Assembly: GCA_028534125.1 (NCBI GenBank)
Contig: CM052818.1
Span: forward strand, 25,174,001-25,238,000
Direction: 5' to 3'
DNA: 64,000 bases
Source: Lama glama
Lineage: Eukaryota
Part shown: positions 1 to 14,000 of the stretch, one piece after another
Numbering within the stretch: position 1 is the first letter of the stretch
Layout of the letters: each line of letters begins with the position of its first letter
Program-made: the position numbers and the translations under genes
Notes under the pieces: generated by a model
What the model saw: only the letters and a program-made list of their open reading frames with translations
Databases searched by the model: none
Told to the model about the DNA's origin: nothing

Positions 1-396
1 CTCTCTTAGTGTCACTTGTTACTTTTCTTTAGGTTGATAAACATTTACTGGCATATACTAAGATAAATGAAAAGACACAGTTCTTGATTTTGAGGTGTCC
101 AGTCCTTTATATCTGCCTCCTTTGTCTGCTGTTTCTGTTGCATTGTTGGCCAGGAGATTGGGCAGTCAGATTTGTTAGAATTGCATCTAATGAAAAAGTA
201 AATGCTGTGAGTTTATCAAAAGAACATTTCCTTTGAGCTTTGAGTCCTCTCTCTTGCCTTCTCAAGGTACTTTCTGTCCATGGGTGGTTCTCATTTATGT
301 TCTGAAAAGTTAAAGTAGTACTAAGTAAGTGCTTAGTTTGAAGCCTAATTGTTACTTGGGAAGAGTTTCTACGATGGGTAGTGGGACTCAAGAGAA

Positions 397-605
397 AGCA
401 TATGGCATAGTGGTTAAGAATGTGGACTTTGGACCAAAAGTGCTTAGGCTGTAATTGAGGCTCTCTCACAGTAGTCTGTGTGACTTCGGCAAGTTACTTA
501 ACATTTCTATTTTTCCCTCTGCAAAATGGGCGTAGCAGTAGTTCCTACCTCATAGAATTGTTGTAAAAATTAAGTAGTTTAATATACTTGAAGTACTTAA
601 AATAG
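397..605 (+). mobile_element. MIR SINE
   Basis: tagtggttaaga...tgtgacttcggcaagttacttaac...ctgcaaaatggg...cctacctcatagaattgttg, the MIR core. Confidence 0.8.
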
Positions 606-1724
606 CTGTAATTTTTATTAATAGGAACTTAAAACTTAAAATTATTATAAGTACATTCATGTTTTACTTGAACAATTAAAATGAGTAAAATTAAATATTA
701 CTTTTTCATTCTAGGAAATAAATGTAACAGTTGATTTCTTATACTGTCTACTGACTTAATGCTATCTCTTCCCACCTCCGTACCCCTCAACACACACACA
801 TAACACTCTTGCACATGCCATAGAACTCTCGGAGATGCTGAAAGTGTTTTTTGTGTTAGATTTTTCTTTGTGATAACTGTGGAGGCTACAGAATAAGGCA
901 AGCTTATGAAATTATTTCCTTAAACTTGCTTTCTTTATAGTGACTACTCAGGTGCAGTGAAATAAAGTTCAGGAATTGCCTTTTTGAACTTAAATATTAT
1001 GTCGAAAGTAGACTATTAAATCTTCAATGGAGGAGGCTTTGTCTCTTAATTATAGCCTTGAGACGGTATGCAGCTCTCTTCACATAAATGTTCAATAAAT
1101 ATTTTATTGAATTAATATTATATATAATTTGTATATAATAAACTAGGATATCCAGAATAGTGATTATTTTTAATGTAAAAACTTTTTTTTAATGTTCAAA
1201 AGAACCTTAACAACTTATGAGTTCAGTTGCTAGAGTTCTTGTACTTTGTGGAACAAAGCAACTTTCTGGACTTTTGTAGGTTACCCATCCTACTTTCTGG
1301 AGAAAATGGAGAAATGTATTTATTATTTGTAAGATAAAATCAATCTCCAGATAAACAGATTAACCCTTTTTATATGTTTAGTTTGGATCTTTGCTATGTA
1401 CATATTTAGTGTTAAAACAAAGAGTCTGTAGGTATCATCTGTATAAGTAACATTAAAAGACTCTGAAATGCTGACAGGTCCTTTTAAAATTAAAAACCAG
1501 GGAAAACACAATTATTATATTGGGTTTGTTTTCTTTGTCAGAGGAGGTACAGGGGAGAATTTAGCAGCATAATTTAAATGAGCCCAGAAAATCAATAAAA
1601 AATAATGACGATGTACGGAACTTGGTTTAGCAGGATCCACTTTCTTATTAGTGTTTTTCCAAATGGTAGAATTATTTTTCTTAAATTCACATATTCACAT
1701 AACAACAGCAACAATAATGGTGAT

Positions 1725-1970
1725 AAAAGTCACAGCAGCCACTCTTTGGTTGCTTGCTTAGGACGTTGTGCCAGGCTCTGCACTAGGCTCTTTGTGTGCT
1801 TTACCTCAGGTAGTCCTCACAGTAACAGACGCTGTGCAGTAGGTATAGTATTATCCTCCCTCTCACAGATTTAGAACAGGGACACAGAAAGATTAAGCAG
1901 CATGTCTGGGGCTGTGTATGACAGTGGAGCAAATTCAGATCCAGATTTGTTTTCCTAGAGCCTATGCTAT
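1725..1970 (-). mobile_element. MIR SINE (antisense)
   Basis: tgtgccagg...ctcacagat...gattaagcag...aattcagatccag, reverse-orientation MIR hallmarks. Confidence 0.65.
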
Positions 1971-2980
1971 TATATATATTCCCTTATGGATGCTTCCTTT
2001 AATTTTTAGAATAATTCCCAGTTCTACAGCAATATATTTTTTTGAAAGTTTGCCTCTACTATAGTGCTCACTGTTCATTTATTTTCCATTTTAAATTGAA
2101 TTTTAAGTTTTTATACTTTTTATTTAACGTAGTTTCAGACTTTAGAGAAAATAGTACAGAGAATTTCAGTACTTCACCATTTCTTAATACTAATATTTAC
2201 TACATTTGCTTTATCCTTTCCTACACTGAGACACCCTCTTCCCTTGAATACTTTAGTGTGTATTTCCTTAAAACAATGAAATGTCATTTCATTGTCTTAC
2301 CTAACAGTATGATGGTCAAAATCAGGAAATTAATGCTGCTACAATGCTATTATTTAATCCACAGACCTTATTTGTATTTGTCATTTGCCCCAATAATATC
2401 TTTTTAGGCAAAGGAAAATCTAGAATAATGTGTTGCATGCATTTGCCAGATCTCTTCAGTTTCCTTTTATCTGAATGTGTTCTTGAGCCTTTGTCTTGAG
2501 TGCTGGGTGTATCTATTGCTACTGAGGCATAGATGCTGTCTTAAGGGATTGAACCAGGACATAGATGTATGTATGCACACATAAATACCTAGATATCACA
2601 CACCTCTTCCCTCCCTCACCCCCAATATTTCTGTACAAAACCATGTGGGTTATTCCATACTTATCCCTCCAATCCCAGTCTAACATTATAGGGTTCATTT
2701 TCTCTTTCCTTTCCATATGTGTCACTTTAATATCCAACAGGGAGAAACCTGGTTTCCATTATCCATAATATATTTATCTATTTGCTTAGTCCTTGAACAT
2801 AAGAGTAATTTCAGAATTGTTAGCATATGCCTCTGAGAAATCAGCTACTAACTGGGGGTCATTTTTTGTTTAGAATTTTATTTACCTGAGGGCTGAGGGC
2901 ACCTAGTGTTGTGAAATCTGGTTCCCCTCCTTTCTCCCCCTTTCAAAAGTGATTATGTTATTCTTTTGAAGTCTGCTTGG

Positions 2981-3402
2981 TGTATTAGTTTCTAAGCTGC
3001 CATAAGAAAGTACCACAAACTAGGTGGCTTGAAACATCAGAAATTTATTCTCTTACAGTTCTGGCAGCTAGAAGTTGGAAACCAAGGTGTCAGCAGGGTT
3101 GGTTCCTTCTGAGAACTCTGAGAAATATGTTTCATGCCTCTCCTCTAGCATCTGGTGATGGCCAGCAATCCTTGGTGGTCTTTGGCTTATCGATGGTTCC
3201 AGTCTGCCTCTGCTGTCACACAGCAAGCACCCTGTGACTAAATTTTCCCTTTATATAAGGACATCAGTCCTAGAAACCACTGTAAAGGCCCCATCTTAAC
3301 TTAATACTGCAGAGAAATTATTATTTCCAAATAGGGTCACATTCACAAATACTGGAGGTTAAGAATTCACCATATCTTTTAGGGGGTACAACTCAACCCA
3401 TG
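2981..3402 (-). mobile_element. MaLR LTR, MLT1 (B/C/D-like)
   Basis: tgtattagtttc...aaagtaccacaaactaggtggctt...cagaaatttattctcttacagttctgg...caactcaaccca. Confidence 0.85.
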
Positions 3403-3903
3403 ATGCATGGCCAGTTCCTTTGTTTCTGTTTGTATTCATTTTGGGGATGCCTCCCTCATCTTTAATTTTTTTTAAGAGTATTTTTCAAGTATGTGAAACT
3501 TTAACAAGATTCAGGGACTTGTCATTCTTCTTTTTTATCCGATTCCTACTCATCCCTGGTTGATAACCACTGTATTTGGTTTCCAGTTTTCTATGTTTTA
3601 TTGTTTTGTTTTGTTTCAGCCAAATGAGCAGACACTTGAGCATTTTCTTATTTTTCTCTTCTTTTCTTTCACAAAAGGTAGCATGCTATATAGATATTCT
3701 TTTGAATTTTGCCCCTTTCATTTAACAGTATGTCTGGGAAATCATTCCACATTAGTTGCTAAATATCTTTTCTCATTCTGCATAGTACTCCATCATATGG
3801 AGTATACCAAAGTTAGTCACTATACTATGTGTGAGCATTTAGGTGGATTCAGATATGTTGCATTTACAAATAATGCTGTTTATAAAATTTGTATTATCCA
3901 TAT

Positions 3904-4215
3904 TGAGAAATGCTACTACGTGGATGAACTCAGAAACATTTATGCTAAATGAAAGAAGTCAGACGCAATAGGTCAAATATTGTATAGTTCCATTTCTATG
4001 AAATATACAGCATAAGTAAGTCTATAGAGACAGAAAGCAGATTTGTGGTTGCCAGAGGTTCAGGGGAGAGGGGAATTAGGTATGAGGTCTCTTTTGGGGG
4101 TGATAAAAATGTTTTGGAACTAGATAGAGGTAATGGTGACACAACATTGTGAATGTACTAAATGCACTGAATTGTACACTTTGTTTTATAGGTTTCACCT
4201 CAATAAAAACTATAA
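3904..4215 (+). mobile_element. L1MB-like 3' end with an apparent TSD attatccatat (3893-3903 / 4216-4226)
   Basis: tatgctaaatgaaagaagtcagac...gtggttgccagagg...acaacattgtgaatgtactaaatgc...aataaaa. Confidence 0.8.
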
Positions 4216-5039
4216 ATTATCCATATAATTAAAATAGCCTCTTAATTGCTTTTTCTCATTGGTATTGGTGCTCTTGACATTTCAGCCATGGGATATTCAG
4301 TGCACCTTCAGATACTTCCCCAAAAGAACAAACCCTGAAGTTTACCATTTTAATGATAGTTTGTATGAAGTATATATTTTCTGTTCACACCTTTTTTTGG
4401 TCTCCCCATCAGACTTTAATTTTCTTTACCTCCTCTGTTTTTCATTTTGCAGAGTTATGTTTTGTTTTTCTGTTACATTGGAGAAAGTTAAAGTCTAATG
4501 ATGCTGGAGCTAAAGTAGCTATGTGGGAAAATAGGGGCATGATCTAGGAAGGGAGTGGATCATAAAGGATGGAAGCTAGGAGAATACTTAGGGCCGTGTT
4601 GCATACCATGATACTTTCTGTTCCATGTCAAAACATTTAGAGCTGTGGGTCATAGAAGGTTATTAGAAAGAAGACAAATACTTAGTCTATATTTTAAAAG
4701 ATAACTGGCAGTAATGTGGCAAATGTACTGAAATTTAACTGGAAGACCAGTTAAGAGGTATATTGAGAAGGGTATTGGGTTCAGGTATTTGCTTTAACAA
4801 AGAAAACCAAAATAAAGTGACCTAAACAAGATAGACATTTCTTTCTCTCTCATGTAATAGTTCTGGGGTGAGCCCAAGGTGTAGTTCAGTTCTGTTCCAT
4901 GAGGTCGTTCAAGAATGCATGTTCCTTCCATTTGATGCCATTACTTGGTTGAGTGCTCATTCATCTGTTTATGTGAAGCTAGGTCACTGATGTGTCCATC
5001 TTTAGCTTGCCAGAAGAAAGAGAGGTGTTTGTTTTGTTT

Positions 5040-5292
5040 TGTTTTTAATTGAAGTGTAGTTGATTTACAGTGCTGTGTTAGTTTCTGGACAGCATGGTGA
5101 TTGAAATATACATATATATATTCTTTTTCACTATAGGTTAATACAAGCTATTAAATATAGTTCCCCGTGCTATATAGTAGGTCCTTGTTTTTTATCTGTT
5201 TTGTATATAGTAATTTGTATCTACTAATCCCAGACTCCTAATTTATCCCTTACCTCCCCCTCTTCCCTCTTTGGTAATCATAAGTTTGTTTA
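5040..5292 (-). mobile_element. Cetartiodactyl-type L1 3' UTR fragment nested in an old MLT1-like LTR (about 4770-5450)
   Basis: ttgaagtgtagttgatttaca...tatagttccccgtgctatatagtaggtccttg...ggtaatcataagtttgtt. Confidence 0.75.
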
Positions 5293-6049
5293 CAGAGACA
5301 AGTATTTTAAGGCAAGCAGTTTTTCTTTTAAGGAAGTGAGGTTGAAAGCTACACACCAATTTTGCTCATCTTTTGTTGCCAGGATCTAACTTACATGGGC
5401 ACACAGATGCAAGAGAGGTTAGGAAATGTGGTCTTTAGCTACATGCCCAAGAAGGAAAGCAGTGGCTGTTGGAGGCACACGTGGTAGTCTACCCCAAGAG
5501 GTGATTTGAGTGTTATTATGAGGATTTGAACCAAGGTAGTTGTAGTAGGGCTGGAATTGAGAGGCATTTAGGAGGTAGACCGAAGAGAGAGAATGTATTT
5601 CCATTCATTTGAGACATGTTGATTATGAGGTGTTTAGAGATTGTGTAGATACGTACAGTTGTCAGTTTGCAGGTTTGGAGCTCAGTGGAGAGGTCTTGGC
5701 TGGAGGCATGGATTTGGAAATCATTGGTTTTTGGTAGCAGTTGCAGTTGGAGAATTTCAAAACAAAAGAGGAGGTCAGTAGGATCAAATGCTGCTGAAAT
5801 TCAAGTAGAATGAGAATTTTTAGAGGCTTTTGATTTGGCTCTTAGAATGACATGGACCTTTGCAAGAGTAATTTCAGCAAAGTCATGGGATGACAAATAG
5901 ATTGTAGTGGGTTGAGGAATGAATGGAAGTCATGAAAAAAAAACAAAGCCCAAACTATTACTCGAAGAAATTTGACTGTGAAAACAAGTGGGGGGACTGG
6001 TTTAATATGGGAGACACAGCGTAAAGGGCAGGTTTTTTTAACTTTCAAG

Positions 6050-8375
6050 TCTACCCAAGAAATAGAAACAAAAGCAAGAATAAACAAATGGGACCTCATT
6101 AAACTTAAAAGCTTTTGCACAGCAAAGGAAACCATAAGCAAAACAAAGTGACAACCTATGGAATGGGAGAAAATTTTTGCATAAGTTGAAACTGACAAAG
6201 GCTTGATCTCCAGAATATATAAGCAGAATATATAAGCAAAAAGAGGCTAGAAGAATAACTCTCCCAGACTTCAGACAATACTATAGAGCTACAGTCATCA
6301 AGACAGCATGGTATTGGTACAAAAACAGACATATAGACCAATGGAACAGAATAGAGAGCCCAGAAATGAACCCACAAACTTTTGGTCAACTCATCTTCGA
6401 CAAAGGAGGCAAGAATATACAAAGGAATAAAAACAGTCTCTTCAGCAAATGGTGCTGGGAAAACTGGACAGCAGCATGTAAAACAATGAAGCTAGAGCAC
6501 TCCCTTACACCATATACAAAAATCAACTCAAAATGGATCAAAGAGTAAACATAAGACAAGATACAGTAAACCTCCTAGAGGAAAACACAGGCAAAACATT
6601 ATCTGACATACATTTCAAAAATTTTCTCCTAGAAGAAATAAAAGCAAGAATAAACAAATGAGACCTAATGAAATTTCTGCACAGCAAAGGAAACCATAAG
6701 TAAAACAAGAAGACAACCTATGGAATGGGAGAAAATTTTTGCAAATGAAACCGACAAAGGCTTGATCTGCAGGATATATAAGCAGCTCATACAACTCAAT
6801 AAGAAAAAAATAAACAACCCAATCCAAAAATGGGCAGAAGACCTAAACAAGCAATTCTCCAAGGAAGACATACAAATGATCAAAAGGCACATGAAAAAAT
6901 GTTCAATATCACTAATTATCAGAGAAATGTGAATCAAAACTACAGTGAGGTATCACCTCACACCAGTCAGAATGGCCGTCATTCAGAAATCCACAAATGA
7001 CAAATGCTGGAGAGGCTGTGGAGAAAGGGGAACCCTCCTACACTGCTGGTGGGAATGCAGTTTGGTGCAGCCACTATGGAAAACAGTGTGGAGATTCCTC
7101 AAAAGACTAGGAATAGACTTACTGTATGACCCAGAAATCCCACTCCTGGGCTTGGATCCAGAAGGAACCTTACTTCAGGATGACACCTGCACCCCAGTGT
7201 TCATAGAAGCACTATTTACAACAGCCAAAACATGGAAACAGCCTAAATGTCCATCAACAGATGACTGGATAAAGAAGATGTGGTATATTTATACAATGGA
7301 ATACTACTCAGCCATAAAAACCGACAACATAATGCCATTTGCAGCAACATGGATGCTCCTAGAGAATGTCATTCTAAGTGAAGTNNNNNNNNNNNNNNNN
7401 NNNNNNNNNNNNNNNNNNNNNNNNNNNNNNNNNNNNNNNNNNNNNNNNNNNNNNNNNNNNNNNNNNNNNNNNNNNNNNNNNNNNGGGAAATATACACAAA
7501 ATGTTATGGTAGCTCACAGAGAAAAAAATGTGACAGTGAGTGTATATGTGTCCATGTATGACTGAAAAATTGTGCTGAACACTGGAATTGGACACAACAT
7601 TGTAAAATGATTATAAATCAATAAAAAATGTTTAAAAAATTAAAAAGCAAAACAAACAAAAAACAACAAGATCCTATTGTATACCACAGGGATGAATATT
7701 CAATACCTTGCGGAAAAAAAATAAGACTAGGAATAGATTTACCATATGACCCAGTAATCCCACCCCTGGGCATATATCCAGAAGGAACCCTAATTCAAAA
7801 AGACACCAGCACCCCAATGTTCATAGCAGCAATATTTACAATAGCCAAGTCATGGAAACAGCCTAAATGTCCATTGACAGATGACTGGATAAAGAAGATA
7901 TGGTATATTTATACAGTGGAATACTATTCAGTCATTAAAATGACAACATAATGCCATTTGCAGCATGTCATTCTAAATGAAGTAAGCCAGAAAGAGAAAG
8001 AAAAATACCATACGATACCACTCATGTGGAATCCAAAAAAAAAAAAAGACAAATAAACTTAAATATAAAACAGAAACAGATTCATAGACATAGAATACTA
8101 GCTTGTGGTTGCCAGCGGGGAATGGGGTAGGAAGGGACGGACTGGGAGTTCGATATCTGTAGATACTGACAGATATATATAGAATAGATAAACAAGTTTA
8201 TGCTGCATAGCACAGGGAAATATATACAAGATCTTGTGGTAGCTCATGGTGAAAAAGAATGAAAATGATTGTATGTATATTCATGTATGACTGAAAAATT
8301 GTGCTGTACACCGGAAATTGATACACCATTGTAAACTGACTACAACTCAATAAAATTTAAAAAAGAATTAATAAT
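6050..8375 (+). mobile_element. Composite of camelid-type L1 fragments (ORF2 C-terminus plus two different 3' UTRs)
   Basis: ORFs 6366, 6720 and 6945 encode L1 ORF2 C-terminal peptides ([23 protein letters not shown]); poly-A ends near 7620-7660 and 8350-8375. Confidence 0.95.
7385..7484. other. Assembly gap (100 N)
   Basis: Run of exactly 100 N inside the young L1, probably a placeholder length. Confidence 0.99.
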
Positions 8376-9459
8376 AAAGTCTGAATTTGTTTGTAGGCTA
8401 TAAGGCAAATGTGAGTGGTAATAGGGAGAAGAAAGGCATCAAAAATAATACAGATGACGGAGCAAGGCTCTGAGGGGGACTTGGAAGGAGCTAGGATCAG
8501 GAGGTGCCTCTTGAAAGAAAGTACCTCTGTTGGGGATCACATATTTGTAGGGCCAAGAGTGGGCACAAATATACATTAGCTTTAGTAAAGGTTGAGGAGA
8601 AGGTAATGAAAAATCTTTACAACAGGGCCTCCATTTTCTCAGATGTAAGAAGCTAGGTCCTTAGCTGAGAATGAAGTAGGGATGGGTAGGTGTTATATCT
8701 GAAGGGTAATGGAAATGACTATTGTTGTTTTAAGAGCCATTGTAGAGAACAGAAGGAACTGGTTAACAGTGATGGGACTGTTGTGTAGTGTTATATGCCT
8801 AATTGAAGTTAGACATCAACCATTTTTATTCTGCTCATTAACGTAGCTATGCTACTGTTCAAGAGCTGTCAATAGAACATCACCTAAAAACAATGTCATC
8901 AATTTTCGCCTATTAAAAGAGCTTTTCTCAAGAAATTCAAGTTACAGAGAAATTGGTGTTAAGGGAACTAGACAAGATAATACTCCAGGGCAGGCAAACT
9001 TGTATCTATTTTAAAAACTGTTTGTTAGTGAATTTCCTATTCTGTTATGTTAATTATGCATCCATGTTACCAAAGTCTCAGAGGATAACAAGCTTATATT
9101 CATAAATTTATCTTCAGCCTTACTCATAAAGTGGGTTAAAAAAAAAATCTGAGCAACCCTAAGACAGATGTTTAATGAGACAGAAGTACTTTTGTGGAAA
9201 AGAGAAAAGTAGTGCCCAGATATGTCACTTCATAATCTCATCCTCCTGCATAAAGTCTTCTTGACTCCAAATGTGTAATGCAACCAATGATTTCTGGTAT
9301 TTTACTTGAAAATCTGCTAATACAAATTTAACATTTATTACACTCTCATAATGTACCAGTTTCCATTTAAGACTTGGTTCTAACAAAGCTTACATTTTCT
9401 TGATGTTTTATAAATTACACTGTAGTCCCAGATGTCTTCACATTAAGATATTAACCTAT

Positions 9460-10215
9460 GCTTGTTACCTTTGTATTTTTTATGATAGCCATTCTAACAG
9501 GTATGAGGTGATTTCTCCCTGTAGTTTGATTTGCATTTCCCTGATGATTAATGATGTTGAGCACCTTCTCATACACCTGTTGGCCATTTGTATGTCTTCC
9601 TTGGAAAAATGTCTGTTTGATTCCTCTGCCTACTTTAAAATCAAATTGGTTGGGGTTTTTTTGCTGTTAATTTCTGTGAGTTTTTAATATTTTTTGGATA
9701 TTAACTCCTTATCAGGTGTATGATTTTCAGGTATTTTTTTCCCATTATGTTGAGTGCCTTTTCAATTTCTTGGTGATGCAGAAGCTTTAGTTTTTTATCA
9801 TACAAAAGACAATACATAAGTGTTGGTGAGGATGTGGAGAGAAAGGAATCCTTGTGCACTGTTAGTGGGAATGTAAACTAGTATAGCCACTAAAGAAGAC
9901 AGTATAAAGATTCCTTAAAAAATTAAAAATAGAATTGCCATATGATCCAGCAATCCAAACTTCTGAGTATATATCCAAAGGATATGAAAGGATATCGAAG
10001 TGATACCTGTACTCCCATACTCATTGTAGGATTATTCCCAATAGCCAAGATGGGAAACAGCCTAAGTGTCTGTCTGTGGATAAGTGGATAAAGAAGATGT
10101 GTGTGTGTGTGTGTGTGTGTGTGTACACACGAATATTATTCAACCAAGAGGGAAAAGGAAATTTGCAACAACATGAATAGACCTTAAGGGCATTATGGCA
10201 AGTGAGATAAACTAG
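9460..10215. mobile_element. Older L1 (L1MA/MB-like) ORF2 3' region with a 5' inversion: about 9460-9793 antisense, about 9796-10215 sense
   Basis: antisense gatttgcatttccctgatgattaatgatgttgagcac; sense gtgttggtgaggatgtggagag...ccatatgatccagcaatcc. Confidence 0.85.
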
Positions 10216-10239
10216 CACATTAAATGAGTAAATGAACCT

Positions 10240-11072
10240 CACTGGGGCACTCCCCAGTGTTCCTCAAAACCAGTATGTCTGCCCAAATTGGATATCTTTC
10301 TTGCTGCATAATAAACAAGCCAAAAGATAAATCAGCAAATAAAGTCTTTTCTGAAGAGCATAATGTGTAATCAGTTTAATTAGCAAGCAATTCTTCACAC
10401 ACTGACATAAAATGGAGACGGGAATCTCAACTAACTGAGAAAGTAAAAATCTGGCCATTTATCGGGCTGGAATAACAGACAGATAAAACCTCAAACATAA
10501 CAGGAAACGGTGTTTCTCCCAAGAGTGGGAGAACTGTGTGGTATCATAACAAACTGTCTTTGAGTGACTGGAGCTTGCTTATTCACTGAACAACTTTGTT
10601 CTTGAAAACCATAGACTGTCGGAAACTTGACTTGTGTGTAATTATATCAGCACGAATAAAGCATCCCACTCTTGCCTGGAGAATCTAAGTCTTTTTGACA
10701 TAGAGTAGCAGTCTTGATTTACAACTGAGACACACAGCTTTGGATAAGGGGTTTCTGGACACAGTATCCACATCTGTCTTAACCTTATAGTTGCTAAGGA
10801 AAGAGAACCTTGGTTCAGGTTGCAGTACATTTCTGAAGTGGACCCCTTTACACATAGCTCTGCTTTGCTCTAAGCCTATCAAAACACTGCTTCATGTAAA
10901 TTTCTTGTAGATGCCACTCTTTGCCAAATCTTACAACTCTCTTTTCCTTTGTTTTGTGAGATGGCCCAAGTTCCCCCTGGCGTGCAGTCTTCCTTGTTGC
11001 AGTGGGTCAGTAAACCTACTTTTGTCAGACTGCAGGCTTCTTCTTGTGGTCCTCGGGCTGCTGAGGCTAACA
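10240..11072. mobile_element. Probable ERV LTR remnants; the 3' part (about 10640-11072) resembles a sense ERV1-type (MER90-like) LTR
   Basis: LTR-like 3' end cttgttgcagtgggtcagtaaacctacttttgtcagactgcagg...gctaaca; family uncertain. Confidence 0.45.
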
Positions 11073-14000
11073 CACTGCCAACTCTTGAGACTTTTAAAAG
11101 AAAATTAAAAACAGATCCAGATGAGAGCTTGTGGCAGAGCTTGCTAATAGAATAAAACTCACAGACACGTACTTTCAGGCTTCACTTTTAAGTTCTTATA
11201 AGGTGTTATCTTTTTTCTCTTTTTGTGTTTTGGAGTCGGAATTTTAGAGCCATAACATGCTTTTTAGGTCATCTTTCTAGATAGTTGTTAGATTATTACA
11301 ACCTTCAAAATCTGGGGCATTACCTGGTGTTAGGGAAGTATTACTTGAACAATCTCTTAAGCCTAAGTCTTCCATTTCATACGGCTGAAACGTAGGGACA
11401 GCGTTTGTAATTTACCCAAGGTCACACATCTTATTTGTAGATCTGATTCCTCTGACTCTTGAGCCATTGTTTTTTAGTTTTTCATGCCAGAAAATAGTAT
11501 TTAATTAAGTTTACTTGTAAGTACTCACTTGTGGTATTGTTTACAGCACTGGTTATTAAAGTAGGCTATAAATGCTGACAGATAACACTGATTAATTAGG
11601 TAGCAACTCATGGGAGAAACTCTTCTAAATGGGGAAACTCATTCCTTTTCCAACACAATGAAGAATACTCAGAATTGATGAGCAGGGAAAATCATAGGGA
11701 CAAAATAGGGTATTATGTTTTGTTTCCATGAGAGCAATGTTTATTAAATTGTAAAGCAAAAATTTTACAGTGTGACTAGGTACCAGTGAGACCCCCTTCG
11801 ACTATTTTTTTGTGGATCTCCAAAGTTAAATGTTATCAGTCTTCTTTCCTGTCACCTTTTGACATTAGTTTTTTCTGTCCTGAGGAGTAGGAGAGGTGCT
11901 TTCTCCCCCTTTGCCTTGTGTCAGTGACGAGACAGGAGGGAAATGATTTATCTAGTCCTCTTTCTATCTCCCTAGAGAACGTTAGTAGATCCCTTACCCT
12001 CAGTTGTTTATTCAGTGCTGCTGTGTGTTTACTGTCATCATGAAGAGAGTCATTGTTACATCATTTATGATAATTACTTTTCAAAGGTTAATCATGGACT
12101 GCTTAGCCAAAGCAATAAAGGACTATTTAGTATATCTACAATTTCTCCCTCCTTCCCTACCATGTTCAGTGATTTAGCTTCAAAAGTATTTATTTAGTAT
12201 TCAGTTTACTTAGAACAGAAGATACAAAGACATGGTTCTTGCCTTCAGGGAGCTTGTTACCCAATGTGAAAACTAACCAAAATGCTTGTGTAAGTAGCCT
12301 AACTGCAGGGAATCACCTGTTGAGCAAACAGTGTGTTTATGAGTGATGGTGCTGGCACTAAGGAATGGTAGTGGCTTTGACTAGAAAGACTTGACCAATT
12401 CACAGGTCTTTGAATAGCTGGCTTTGACTGTTACGTGTGAAATACTCTATTTAGGGGCTATCTAGGCAAGACTCCATGTGAAAGGACACTAATTGGACAG
12501 AGGAACTAAAATATCCTGATTAGTTGGTGAGTTCCATAGAGGTGGTGAGGTTCATTTCACTTGCGGTAATTTAAAAAAGAACAGTTTTGCCAAGTCTTTA
12601 AGGCTGGCTAGAATTTTGCTGGGAGAGTATTTCATATGAGGATAGTGTGAAAGCAAAGATGTTGTTGACTTACTCTGCCTGTTTGGGAAATGGTAGTTTC
12701 ATTTAAGTAGACTGGTACACTCTGCTTGGGCATAGTAGGAAATAAGACATGAAAAGTAGAGTGATGATAATTGATAGAAAATCGTAAATACTAGCCCAAA
12801 GATTTAGACTCTACCCTACGGATAGTAGGATTTTTTTAAATAGGTTAGTAACATGGTCAGTGGACACAGGACAGATTGGAGAAGAGAGACCCTTGTGGTA
12901 AGAAGACATTCCTATTACAACATCCACACTTGAGTAGTATGGAAGGCAGGTACAGGCAGGATTTTAGGGTGACAGAATAGGACTTACGATGTAATTGGTG
13001 ACAAGGGATAAGGAAGGGGTACAGTCCGTGTCACCGTTGGAGGCAGGCATATGTCAAAATTGAGTTTATGAGAATAATTTTGCCGTACAGTTTTGCATTT
13101 AGGGAATGGTAGTTTCGTGAGTTTTACTTGGTTGTGGTTTATGCCTATATAGCTTCAAAAACAGCTCAAGAACCACTAGAAAACTTTATTAGATCAAGTG
13201 TTGTGAGAGAAAACCGGAACATCCACAAACTTGAAGCATCTCAAAATAAGAACTAGCCCTAAACAATACTGTGGTTTTTGTTGGTAAGTCTGGTAAAAAT
13301 AGAAGTTTTGCCTATGTATTCTTCACTTGGTTTAAAATCTATTCCATGCATTATTTTTCCTTTTTCTGTTACTACTCGAGAAACATTTTTAAGCCTGTTA
13401 CAGATCTACTTTACACAGAGAGACTCTAGGTATGCTGCCATAATTTTTAGTAAGTAGGAAGGATATAATCAAGAGAACTCATACTGGGAGTTCACTTCTG
13501 TGTTATGGGTACCTGCCTTATTTTGGATCTTACTTTGGACTTAGATAAATAAACTGTTAAATAGACCAAAATGGTAATGCTGCCTCGCAGCCAATAGTTC
13601 TGTTTTGATAGCTTCACTATATTTATCTAACAACATTATAATTATTTGCTTTATTGGGTTTTTTGGCTTGTTTTTTAAAAAATATGAGTAGATAGTTTAT
13701 TAATTCAAAGTGCTTATGTTATTGATGAGAAGAGTAGATCTTACTTAGTACAACTGATGGCAGTGAAAATAATTAAGCATACCAGAAAGGCAGCCAGTTG
13801 GCTATTAATTTAAGATTATTATTTTGTCAAAGAAAAAGTAAAGAATTGTATGAAATGTTGAAAATACAGTGGTTAACAGTTTGTATCTAAAAGGGAAGGA
13901 GGTGTTAGGGATTGAATGTTCTGTTGTAGTTTTCAGGGAAAGACCTACCCCTGTAACCGTTCTGTTAGAGGGACAGTCTCTTGTTTGTTAATCCACTAAA

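Noticed and set aside
6366..7951. The longest ORF in the track (206 aa) and its neighbours, a possible reverse-transcriptase system
   Set aside because: Broken C-terminal pieces of L1 ORF2 with stops and frameshifts; the 206-aa length is inflated by the N gap; no RT or endonuclease domain is present
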